A stretch of 64,000 nt of DNA, taken from the IMG/VR virus record IMGVR_UViG_3300008448_000049, positions 1 to 64,000 of that record; one strand, written 5' to 3'. Positions 9,749 through 19,800 of the stretch are shown one piece after another. The stretch comes from a virus. A program made the translations under genes and the position numbers. The notes beneath the pieces are model-generated. The model was not told the DNA's origin. It saw only the letters and a list, made by a program, of their open reading frames with translations, and made no database searches. Positions within the stretch are counted from its first letter, which is position 1, and every line of letters starts with the position of its first letter.

Positions 9749-12700
9749 ATGAAAAAAAAAGTTAGAATAACAGGATTACCTACGGGGCAATCAGGACTTG
9801 AGGTAAAAATGGATCACTTAAGAGCCGGTCTAGGATTTAACTCTAATGTAATGCCTTGGCCAATCATGGCAGGTAAGATGTCTGCACCTCCTATAAAAGT
9901 AAACTCTAAACTAAAACCTATACCAAGAGAAGAGGCTAACCTTGAAGCTGAAAAAGATGAGGTAGCTATGATACCTGGTCAAGGTAGTATTCCTGATACT
10001 TACACTATTGGTGGTAAGCGTCATACACAGGGAGGAACACCATTGAACCTACCTGAGAATTCTTTTATATTTAGTGACACTGCTAAGATGAGGATTAAAG
10101 ATCCTGCTGTCTTAGCTCAGTTTGGTTTGTCCCCTAAAAAGAATGGCTACACACCAGCAGAGATTGCTAAAAAATATAACACAGCTCCGTATAAAAAAAT
10201 ACTAGCTGATAAAAACACTGATGACTTACAACGTGAAACAGCAGAGCTAATGTTGTCTAACTTTAATTTAAAGTTGGGTAAGCTTGCTTTGATTCAAGAG
10301 TCAATGAAAGGCTTTCCTCAAGGTATTCCAGAAATTGCTATGCCTTATTTAGAAGCAATGGAGATTAACCCTGAAGACTTAATGCAACAGAATCCAGGTG
10401 CGCCACAAGAAGGAGAAGATGCAGCAGGTCAGGAAAGTGCTATGGAAATTGGTGGGCCTGTAATGGCTCAGCAACCAGGCGCTCCTCTTCAGTATCTACA
10501 AGACGGTGGACCAGATTACTTTGCCATGGGTGGCTTAAAAAGATATCAAACTGCTGGAGCTGTTAAAGAAGAACCTAACCGTTATAAAGATATAAGCAAT
10601 TGGGATAATTACCAAATTGACAATCCTTATGATTTTTATAATATACAAGAACGTATTTGGGATTCTTATAAAGGTACTGATAAACGTCTTGGGCAAGTTG
10701 ATGATGATGCTATTAAAAAATTAGATGAGCAAATTGCATTAATCAATTCTTATAAAGAAACACAACCTGAAGTTTATAAAAATCTTTTACCTAGACTTGA
10801 CAGATTAATTAAATCAAAACAGCAAGGTTCTGAACTAGGACTTAAAGGAAGTGGAGATAGAAATGAATTTGAGTTAGGAGAACCTTATGTACATCCTGAC
10901 ATACAAGCTGCTAGTGATGCATATCCTGTAATGCCAGCAAAAGAACCTACACCAGGTTTTGGTGGAGGCTTTGGTGTTGATGATGAAGATGATGAACAAG
11001 AATTTGCAGGTACTTATAAAGATGATTATGAGGCTTACATGGATGCATTAAAAAGCAATGATCCAAAAAAGATGGCTACCGTAGCAGATCAACTTATCAG
11101 CCGTGCTAGTTCAGCAACACCTTGGTATTCTGCAAAATGGTATCCTAATTCAAATGCTGATAAGTTTCAAGACTTAGCTAACATATTATATGAAAAAGCT
11201 TATCCAAAAGCTAAACCTAAAACGTCAACAAAAAATATAGAAGCTGCAAAAAGTGCAAAAGAGGTTTATCAAAAAGTTTATGATGAATATGCAAAGTTAC
11301 CAGCTGGTCCAGCTAAACAAGAATTAAGAGGTAGACTGGATACATTATCTGCATTACATCCTGATTATTTAAAAAAACATGTCTCATCTGGGGTTAGTGG
11401 TGGACCATCAATAATGGGTACAGTTTCTTATGATGCAAATGAGTTTACTCCTGATTTTTATAATGCTAAAGACTATGATTTAATAAATAAATATAAACAA
11501 GCTTATTTACAACCTAAAAAAGATACAGTAACTAAAGTAGCTCCTAAAACAAATACAGTTCAAGAAGCTGGTTTTAAACCTAAATGGACTTTAGCTCAAT
11601 TAGATTCAGCAATTGCAGCAGATGAAGCAAAGCCTAAAAAAAGATATGGTGGCGCAACTAAGAAAGTAAGAATAACTGGTTTACCTAGTAGTTTACAAAA
11701 AGCTCAGTATGGAAGTACTATACCAGTCAACAGTCCTTTAATGCAACCAGGGGTTCAACTTGATTTTAATAATCCTAATTATGCTGCTCAGGCTGCTATT
11801 AATACTAACTATAGTTTAGATGCAACAATCCCTGAAACAAGTCCTCTAAAGAAACCTGCAACTAAATTAGATTTTACAGCTTCAGACGCTACCAAACCTA
11901 CTAATACTGAAAATAAAAATTTAGCATATAAGGATACTCAAATTAAATGGGGTCCAAAATATGGTGTGTCAGGACCAGCTACTGCTCAAGGTATTATAAG
12001 TGGTATGGATTTTATATCATCTCTTGGTAGAAATAAAGAGATGTTAGCATTAGAGCAAAAAATGAAAGAAAAACAATTTAGTATGTTTACTCCTGAAGCT
12101 GGTAATAAAGGTAGTTGGGTACAAAGCGGTATGGCTTACGGATTACAAAATCCTAATAGCAATATTGTACAACAACCTGGTTACATGACTATGCGTAGAA
12201 ATACATTTGGTTATGGTAAAAGTGAATTTGGCGGAGCAATGGATCAATATAAACTAGGAGGTTTTACTACAGTAAATGGTCAAACAGGTGCTTATGATGA
12301 CAGGTATCCTAATATATTTATCCCATTAACTCGTGCTGACTATGATTCTCGTATAGCTAAAGAAAATGCAGCAGCTGGTGCAAAAGCTCAACCGAGTTCT
12401 GGATCTTCATCTGGTTCTGGTGCCTCAAAGAAAGGTCAAAGTGTAGCCTCGACTATTGGTGTGTATACTCCTGAGTGGACCGCGTATTTAACAGAACTTG
12501 CTAAGTCATCTGGTATGTCAATTGATGATCCTAGATTTAAAGCTAAGTTGCCATCATATTTCTTTGATGATGCTACAGGTAGGTTAAAATCAAAAGCGGA
12601 ACTAGAAAAATTAACAAGGACTGATGCTACACAAAAAGCTTTAAAATCAGGAGCATTTGGTGATGAGTATTGGGAAGGTGCTTACAAAGATGATTTTGTA

Positions 12701-13834
12701 AGAAGACATAAAAAACTAATTGAAAAATTTGAAGCTGAACACCCTGGTGAAACATTTAATCCTACTAAAAAGGATTTAAAAGGTGGTTCTGAAAGTAGCC
12801 ATATGAAATGGTTCCAAGAAGAGTATAACAAAATGGCTAAAGAAAAAGGAGCTCCTACTTATGATTTTGGAGCACCTAATAGATTTGGCCGTTTAAGTTA
12901 CAGTGTTCCTTCCTTTGAAGATTTTGAAGAACCTACTAAAGCACCTGGTGAAAAACCTGCTGAAACTCAAACAGACAAGAAAACAAGTATGCCTGCTGAA
13001 GCGCTTAAGTATAAACATTTAGCTGAACCACGTATTAACACTCCAGCTTTTGGTTGGACTATGCAAGATATGAACAATATGGGAAGAGCTGTTTCAAGTT
13101 ACTTTAGTACTAAAAAACAAATGCCATGGGAAGCAACACCAAATTTCTATCAAGCTGATACGGTATTTGATGATCCTACAAGAAGAATTGCAGCTATGAA
13201 TGAGCAACGTAATATCGGTGCTCAAAACATGGCGGCCTTTACTAATCCTCAAGCTTACATGTCTAACTTCTTAGCTGCTAATAATCTTGGTGATGTAGCT
13301 AATGCTATATCAGATGTACATAGTAGAAACATAAATATAGCTAATCAACGTGATGCTTATAATGCTCAAGCTTTAAATGCTTTTGATGCAGAAAGAGCCA
13401 ACCGTGAAACAAGATTATACGATAAATCTAATTTAGCTCAAGCGGCTTATGATGCTGAAAGAGAAGCTAAGAAAGATGTAATGAGTCAAGTATTTAATAC
13501 AGGTATGAAGAATGCTGCTGATATTTATAATCTTAATCAGATGCGCCCTCAGTTTGCTGTTACTCCTTTTACTCAGACTATGTTCCACAGTAATCCACGT
13601 GATCTTAAACCTAATTATACGCAAGAGAAAAATCTTGCTGATGTTTATAATGAGATTCTTGCATCACATGATAATCTTAATGCTACAGCAGAAGGAAGGA
13701 AAGTAGCATTAGAAGCAGCTAAGCAACAATTAAGAATTCCTCTTACTCAGGAAGATCCTTACTTGGAATACCAAAGGTCAAGAGCTCAAAGTCAGATACC
13801 TCAAGTAAACCCATATGCAGATCAGGAAAGTTAA
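9749..13834 (+). CDS. Putative virion/cargo protein with an N-terminal ANLEAE...GGKRH..GG.P...FIFSD domain
   Basis: 1361-aa ORF. The N-terminal domain resembles a module of crAss-like virion proteins, KKVRITGLP occurs twice, and the C-terminus is Q/N/A-rich and helical-looking. Confidence 0.6.
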   Translation: MKKKVRITGLPTGQSGLEVKMDHLRAGLGFNSNVMPWPIMAGKMSAPPIKVNSKLKPIPREEANLEAEKDEVAMIPGQGSIPDTYTIGGKRHTQGGTPLNLPENSFIFSDTAKMRIKDPAVLAQFGLSPKKNGYTPAEIAKKYNTAPYKKILADKNTDDLQRETAELMLSNFNLKLGKLALIQESMKGFPQGIPEIAMPYLEAMEINPEDLMQQNPGAPQEGEDAAGQESAMEIGGPVMAQQPGAPLQYLQDGGPDYFAMGGLKRYQTAGAVKEEPNRYKDISNWDNYQIDNPYDFYNIQERIWDSYKGTDKRLGQVDDDAIKKLDEQIALINSYKETQPEVYKNLLPRLDRLIKSKQQGSELGLKGSGDRNEFELGEPYVHPDIQAASDAYPVMPAKEPTPGFGGGFGVDDEDDEQEFAGTYKDDYEAYMDALKSNDPKKMATVADQLISRASSATPWYSAKWYPNSNADKFQDLANILYEKAYPKAKPKTSTKNIEAAKSAKEVYQKVYDEYAKLPAGPAKQELRGRLDTLSALHPDYLKKHVSSGVSGGPSIMGTVSYDANEFTPDFYNAKDYDLINKYKQAYLQPKKDTVTKVAPKTNTVQEAGFKPKWTLAQLDSAIAADEAKPKKRYGGATKKVRITGLPSSLQKAQYGSTIPVNSPLMQPGVQLDFNNPNYAAQAAINTNYSLDATIPETSPLKKPATKLDFTASDATKPTNTENKNLAYKDTQIKWGPKYGVSGPATAQGIISGMDFISSLGRNKEMLALEQKMKEKQFSMFTPEAGNKGSWVQSGMAYGLQNPNSNIVQQPGYMTMRRNTFGYGKSEFGGAMDQYKLGGFTTVNGQTGAYDDRYPNIFIPLTRADYDSRIAKENAAAGAKAQPSSGSSSGSGASKKGQSVASTIGVYTPEWTAYLTELAKSSGMSIDDPRFKAKLPSYFFDDATGRLKSKAELEKLTRTDATQKALKSGAFGDEYWEGAYKDDFVRRHKKLIEKFEAEHPGETFNPTKKDLKGGSESSHMKWFQEEYNKMAKEKGAPTYDFGAPNRFGRLSYSVPSFEDFEEPTKAPGEKPAETQTDKKTSMPAEALKYKHLAEPRINTPAFGWTMQDMNNMGRAVSSYFSTKKQMPWEATPNFYQADTVFDDPTRRIAAMNEQRNIGAQNMAAFTNPQAYMSNFLAANNLGDVANAISDVHSRNINIANQRDAYNAQALNAFDAERANRETRLYDKSNLAQAAYDAEREAKKDVMSQVFNTGMKNAADIYNLNQMRPQFAVTPFTQTMFHSNPRDLKPNYTQEKNLADVYNEILASHDNLNATAEGRKVALEAAKQQLRIPLTQEDPYLEYQRSRAQSQIPQVNPYADQES

Positions 13835-13879
13835 ACTTTAAAAGTTTAAGTATAAACAATAAAAATTTTATTAAATTTA
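13832..13879 (+). promoter_or_regulatory. Candidate late promoter: TAAAC-N7-GTTTA palindrome plus AT-rich box
   Basis: Perfect inverted repeat TTAAACTTT-A-AAAGTTTAA at 13831-13849, then TAAATTTA 13872-13879 before the ATG at 13891. Confidence 0.4.
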
Positions 13880-13890
13880 CAGATAAAAAA

Positions 13891-16881
13891 ATGGCATCTT
13901 ATTTAAACGGGGCACCCCAGTATATTCCTCAGATACAACCGTATCAACCGGACTTAAACTTTTTAAATAATCTATTGCAGACTAAACAATCTGCATATGA
14001 TAAAAACTATGATGCTTTAAGTAAAAGATATGGTTCATTGTTGAACTCACCAATGATGCGTCAAGATAATATTGAGAAGAGACAAGAGTTCTTTAATGTG
14101 ATTGATAATGACATTAAAAGAATATCAGGTATGGATTTATCTTTACAGCAAAATGCGGATGCTGCAGACAGCGTGTTTGATTCATTCCTCCAGAACAAAG
14201 ACATTGTACATGACATGTCTTATACAAAAACATATCAAAATCAATTGCAAAAAGGTGAGAGTTTAAAACTTTGTATAGATCAAGAACAATGCGGTGGTAA
14301 ATATTCTGATGTAGCATTAAGAGCTTTAAACTATAAAGCTGATGAATACAAGAAAGCTTCTAAGGAAGATGCCATGACTATGTCTCCTGGTGAGTTTGTA
14401 CCTTTTATCAATGTTCAAGAGAAGATGAACAAACAACTTGAAAAGATGTTAGGTAAAGATGGTTTAGGTACATTTGGTGTACAGCAAGTTATAAGAAGTA
14501 AGGATGGTAGATACAATATCAAGCTTACTAATGGTGAATTACTTGCAACTCCTTTAAGAGATATGATGTTAAATCAGTTTTCTCAAGACCCTGGTTTTAA
14601 AGCAATGTATGAAACAGAGTCTTATGTAAACAGAAAAGACTGGATAGCTAGTAACAAACAAGGTTATAACAATGATGATGATCTAGCTGAAGATGCTTAC
14701 TTCTCATTAGTTGATGCTCAAATACAACAAGCTAGGTCTGAATTACAAAAAGCTCAAGATAATAAAGTTGGTACAGATGCTAAGAAGAAAGTAATAGAAA
14801 AACAAATTAAAGAGACTGGTAGTACAGGTTCTGATGGTATAGCAAATGCTTTTGTAGCAGCAAGTTTTGATGATGCTTCTGCACAAAAAGCTTTAGAACA
14901 TCATGAGCAAACAATCAAGGTAGCTAATTCTATATTTGAAGCTGGTGATAACAGAGCTATGAAACGTCAACGTGTTGATGGGTTTATATCTAAAAACAAG
15001 ATGACTAATGATATTACTAAAGCTTCTATCCTTGCTGCAAATCTTACAGGAAGAATGGATCAAGAAGAAGATAAATATAAACTTCATGAGACCAATGCTT
15101 ATTTAGATTTCTCACTTGCTATGAAAAAACAAGATGCTGAATATTTATTAAAGAATGAGCATGAAAAATTTAAAACAGGTTTAGAGTTAAACAAATTTCA
15201 AATCATTGAAGAGTATAAAAAACGTGGTCCAGCTACTGGTACAGATAACAAACCCGTAGTTGTACAAAACTGGTTAGGAGCTACAACTGGAGAAGCTGGT
15301 GTAGATGAGATTGCTGAAATGCGTCAGACTACAGGTTCTTCTGCTCAAGGTTATGTTGAAAGTATGAATGCTTTTTCTAGCGGATACGGTCAACAGATGA
15401 TGGATATTGTTAGTAGTCAGACAGACCAGTCAGCTAAAACACAAGCTGAAAATACACTTATTGGTATTTATGGTAAAGCTCAATATGATGATAAAGGAAC
15501 TTTACTTTCTGCAGGCTATGATCCTATAAGTAAATCTTTTGTTGATACAAAAGGTAATAAATCTAAAATGGCAAGTTCTGTTGTTACTGAGACTAACTCT
15601 AAATTGTTATATCAAAACGCATTGGTTGAAGCTGATAAGAATAAAGACATATTATCTCACAGTTCATTTTTAAATAAACAGGGTGCTGTCTATAAAAGAA
15701 ATGTAGAAACCAATTTAGATCTGCACGCCGCTAGTAGTAAAATATTTGCTCAAAATAACAAGGTAGTAAAAAACCTTGGACAATTCTCAGATGTTAATGA
15801 TCAAGTTGCTTGGAATGCAATGTTTGCTTCTGACAATAGTCTTAACAACTATATTCAGTTTTCTAAGAATTATAAATCAGCATATACAGCTAATAACTTT
15901 GGAGCTCAAGCTAGTGATGATGAGGTAGCTGAAAAGTTTGCACAGATGGGTAAAGAGTACAATAAGATATATTCATCAAGTCCTAAAGGTGTTACAGCTT
16001 TAAATGGAAGTTCTATCTTTGGTAATGCTGGTGGTGGTAAAACTGCAGGTAATGCTTATATGTACACTTACAATTCTAATAGTCCAGCAAGTGAAGGTAC
16101 AAGAGGATTAATAGGTATTTATGAAGATGCTTTAAACGGTGGATTTTTTACAGCTGGTCACCAGATGGATTTAGAAGGTGCTCAAAAAGCATCTAGTGAA
16201 AATGCTAAGAAAGCACTTGCTACATTAGTTACAGATTTTAAATCAGGTAACCTATCAGAGGATGAAAAGAAAGCTGTAGCAGGTCAGTTGTTTTATTCAG
16301 ACATTGCTTTAACTGATCCTAAGTTTGCAGGAGCTTATATTACATTTCCTGAGACTTGGTTAGCTAAATACAAAGGTTCAACAAAAGAAGCTGATGATGA
16401 TACGTGGGCTGACTCTGAAGAATTAACAAACGGTATAGGTGTTTACTTTAATAAATCCACAGCTAAAAATGATTTGACAACAGCGTTTAAGTCTCAGCCA
16501 TATGATATTATTTTAAATCATGCATCTAAAACAATCTCTTCACCTAACGGTGGTGAGATCACAATCAATAAAAGAAATGCTGATCAATCTATTGATGTAA
16601 CAGGTTACTTAAAAAGTTGGGATCCTGTTGATAAAAAATACATACCGGTACCTATTTCACAACCCTATGGTCCAGAGACAGGTGGTCAAAGTATTTACAG
16701 TGGTATAAACTATATCATTTCTGAAATGGAGAAAAAAAATAACGCAGCTATACAAAGTGGTGCAAGAACATTTGATGTTAACTCATTGAATGAAGTTAAA
16801 ATGACTCTAGATAAAATTTCAGGTAATCAACAAGACGTTGATTTAGCTCAAATATTTTATCAACAAACTCAGAATTATTAA
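13891..16881 (+). CDS. Putative ejection/cargo protein
   Basis: 996-aa ORF directly upstream of the three giant cargo genes; N-terminus PQYIPQIQPYQPD followed by a helical region. Confidence 0.55.
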   Translation: MASYLNGAPQYIPQIQPYQPDLNFLNNLLQTKQSAYDKNYDALSKRYGSLLNSPMMRQDNIEKRQEFFNVIDNDIKRISGMDLSLQQNADAADSVFDSFLQNKDIVHDMSYTKTYQNQLQKGESLKLCIDQEQCGGKYSDVALRALNYKADEYKKASKEDAMTMSPGEFVPFINVQEKMNKQLEKMLGKDGLGTFGVQQVIRSKDGRYNIKLTNGELLATPLRDMMLNQFSQDPGFKAMYETESYVNRKDWIASNKQGYNNDDDLAEDAYFSLVDAQIQQARSELQKAQDNKVGTDAKKKVIEKQIKETGSTGSDGIANAFVAASFDDASAQKALEHHEQTIKVANSIFEAGDNRAMKRQRVDGFISKNKMTNDITKASILAANLTGRMDQEEDKYKLHETNAYLDFSLAMKKQDAEYLLKNEHEKFKTGLELNKFQIIEEYKKRGPATGTDNKPVVVQNWLGATTGEAGVDEIAEMRQTTGSSAQGYVESMNAFSSGYGQQMMDIVSSQTDQSAKTQAENTLIGIYGKAQYDDKGTLLSAGYDPISKSFVDTKGNKSKMASSVVTETNSKLLYQNALVEADKNKDILSHSSFLNKQGAVYKRNVETNLDLHAASSKIFAQNNKVVKNLGQFSDVNDQVAWNAMFASDNSLNNYIQFSKNYKSAYTANNFGAQASDDEVAEKFAQMGKEYNKIYSSSPKGVTALNGSSIFGNAGGGKTAGNAYMYTYNSNSPASEGTRGLIGIYEDALNGGFFTAGHQMDLEGAQKASSENAKKALATLVTDFKSGNLSEDEKKAVAGQLFYSDIALTDPKFAGAYITFPETWLAKYKGSTKEADDDTWADSEELTNGIGVYFNKSTAKNDLTTAFKSQPYDIILNHASKTISSPNGGEITINKRNADQSIDVTGYLKSWDPVDKKYIPVPISQPYGPETGGQSIYSGINYIISEMEKKNNAAIQSGARTFDVNSLNEVKMTLDKISGNQQDVDLAQIFYQQTQNY

Positions 16882-16883
16882 TT

Positions 16884-19800
16884 ATGGCAGAAGAAGTTAC
16901 ACCACAACCCACAGAACCAGTATTACAATCCGCGCCAATAACACCTGGATTACCTGAGCAAGGTTCATCAACAGATCCTTTAGCAATACTAAGAGCTGAG
17001 ATGCCTGTTGTAAATTCACTTATACCACAAGGCCTTCCTCCTAGTATAAATGCTAATCTTAATATTCAAGGTAGTTATCAAACAGGTCCTAACCCTGGTG
17101 CTAAAAAAGCCGGGACTATGGATTATGCATTAGCTCTTAGAGATATGATGCAAGATCCTAATTGGTCCCAAGATAAGTATAAGTATGGACGTACTTACTC
17201 TTATGGTGCTGGTAGCAAGAACATGAACTTTGATAGATATTATAATCATCCAAAGTTTAAAGAATTAGGATTTTCTCCATACCGTGATAATGAAACTCAC
17301 TATAATGAGAACTCATCTTGGTGGGATGACTTTAATAGAATGAAAGGTCAATGGGCCGGCTTAGCTTGGGGCGGTGCTAAATCTGTATGGGGTGATGAAA
17401 AAGAAGCTCATGAGAATATGGAGAAAGGTTTAGCTATTGGTTCATCTACAAGAGGTGGTGTTGGTGGTTGGGTAACAAACTTTGGTATTAACAGTGCTTA
17501 CACTGTAGGTATCATGGGTGAGTTAATAGTAGAAGATGCCGCATTAGCCGCTGTTGAAGTAGCTTCATTTGGTACAGCAACTCCTGAGGTAGCTTATTTA
17601 GCAGCAACTAGAAACGCTATGGGTATTGGCAAAATTGCTAAAGCTTTAAAAGGTACAGCTAATTTTATCAAAGAACTTAAGAATGTAGATAAAGCTAAAG
17701 ACTTTTTTACTGCCGCAAAAGCTTGGGATACAACTAAAGATATTGCTAAATGGGCCAATCCTTTAGAACGTAGTATGGAGACAACCAGTCACTTGCTAAA
17801 CAACACTCATGGTTTTAATAATTTAAAGTCTAGTGCTAAGATTAGTAAAAGCTTTGGTAGTTTTTATAGAGATATGCGTGAGTTAAATGTAGCTCACTCA
17901 GAAGCTAAGCTAGAAGGTGAAGGCGCTGCTAGTGAGTTTCAAGATAATATGATTGATAAGTTTTATGCTGAGAATGGCAGAATGCCAGAAGGTGATGAAG
18001 CTAAACGTATATTTGACACAGCACAATCTTTAAAGGCTTCTGTTATTGGAGCTAATGATTTAACAATCTATTTTACAAACAAGTTGGCCTTTGAAGATTT
18101 ATTTGAAGGTATACGTCCTGGCGCTCAATTAGCAAAAGCTTTTACAGAAGTAGGCACAGAAGGATTTTTAAAAGTTGCAGGTAAAGCTTTTAAGAAAGCT
18201 ACAGCAGCTACAGCAGGAAACGCGTTGTTACAAGAAGGAAAAAGAACAGGTGCTCAAAGAGTTGCTAACTTTTTAACTAAGTCACCTTACTTACCTTGGA
18301 GCCGTAAGTACATGGTTGGTAATATTGGTGAGGCTTTACAAGAAAATGCTCAAGAAGTTATTACTCAAGGTTACTCTAGTTACTATGATAAGATATACAG
18401 TGATCCTGTTAGTGCTGTACATGCAAGTGTACTTTCTGAAATAGGTAAAGGTATTGGTGATCAGTTTTCACTAAAAGGTCTTGACACTTTTGCTCAAGGT
18501 TACTTAATGGGATCTCTTATTCAAGGAGGTGGAGCTGCTATAAAAAATAGTAAGAACTTAGGAGTGCGTGGTACTAAAGCTGCAGCTTATGGTGTAACAG
18601 GTGGTAAGGTAGGTGCTGAATGGAATTCTGAAACAGAAGCTGACCGTGTAAAACAACAACGTGAAAAAAATAAGAATGAGGTAATGAATGCCGGCAATAC
18701 TATTGCTGAACATGCATTGACTTATGGAGCTGGAGATGAGAGATCATCTTTTGCTGCAGCTATAAAATTAACAAATCAAGAAAAGAAAAACAGACTTGCG
18801 GAAGGAGATAAAGTAGGAGCTCATGACATGGGTGATGAAACTCAAATTAATCACTTTGAGATTCTTGCCAAAACAGGAAACATGAAACTGATTACAGATC
18901 ATGTTGATGATATGCTTAGTCTTGAAGATAAAGATTTAGCAGACGCTTATAATCTTGATGAATCTCAAGCAGGTGATGCTAGAAAAAAGTTACAGACTTT
19001 AAAAAGTAGAGCTGAAACATATCAAGCTAGATATGATAAAGCTAAAAAGATTAATCCTAATCCACACAACCCGTGGATGTTTGATCCTAAAAAATATCCT
19101 GATGCCTATGAAGATGAATACTTTAAATACATGGCTCATGAACAAGCTGTATCTGATATCTTATTTGCTACAGAAGACTTTGATAGAACTGGTGAGAGAA
19201 TGGTTGGTATTGCCAACAAGCTTGCTGGTGTAGATTCAGCTTATCAAAATATATTAAACACTAGTCGTGGTGGTATTCCTATGGCTAATGTTACAGCTGT
19301 TGACTTAACTGCGTTGATAGATCCTATACAATCTATTGATACTAAAACAAGTTTACAAAATCAGATTACAGCTATGGAGCTTGGCACACCTGAACAGAAA
19401 GCTAAAGCTGTTGAGTTAAAAGAACAACTTGATTTTTTAGAAACTTGGCAAGGAGATGTTGAAACTTATCTTTTACATCTAGACTCAGATCATAAAGCTA
19501 ATATATCTGAGGAAGAAAGAATGCTCAGAAAAGAAAGAGCTAGAATGTTACCCGGCGCTACAATTATTGAGAAATACAGTGGTCAAGAATTTAAAATTGA
19601 GACTGACGCTAAAGGTGAATTGTACATCAATAAAAATGGTAAACTTAAAAAGTTTAACAAAAATAATTACACTGTAAGTAAAGATGCTCCTGGTGTAAGT
19701 CCTGAATATTTAGAGGTAGAAGGTGATGAGTTAAATAATGCTATAGCCAGATTACATGGGTCATTTCAAAAATACATAAAGAATGTAGCTAAGATGAATA

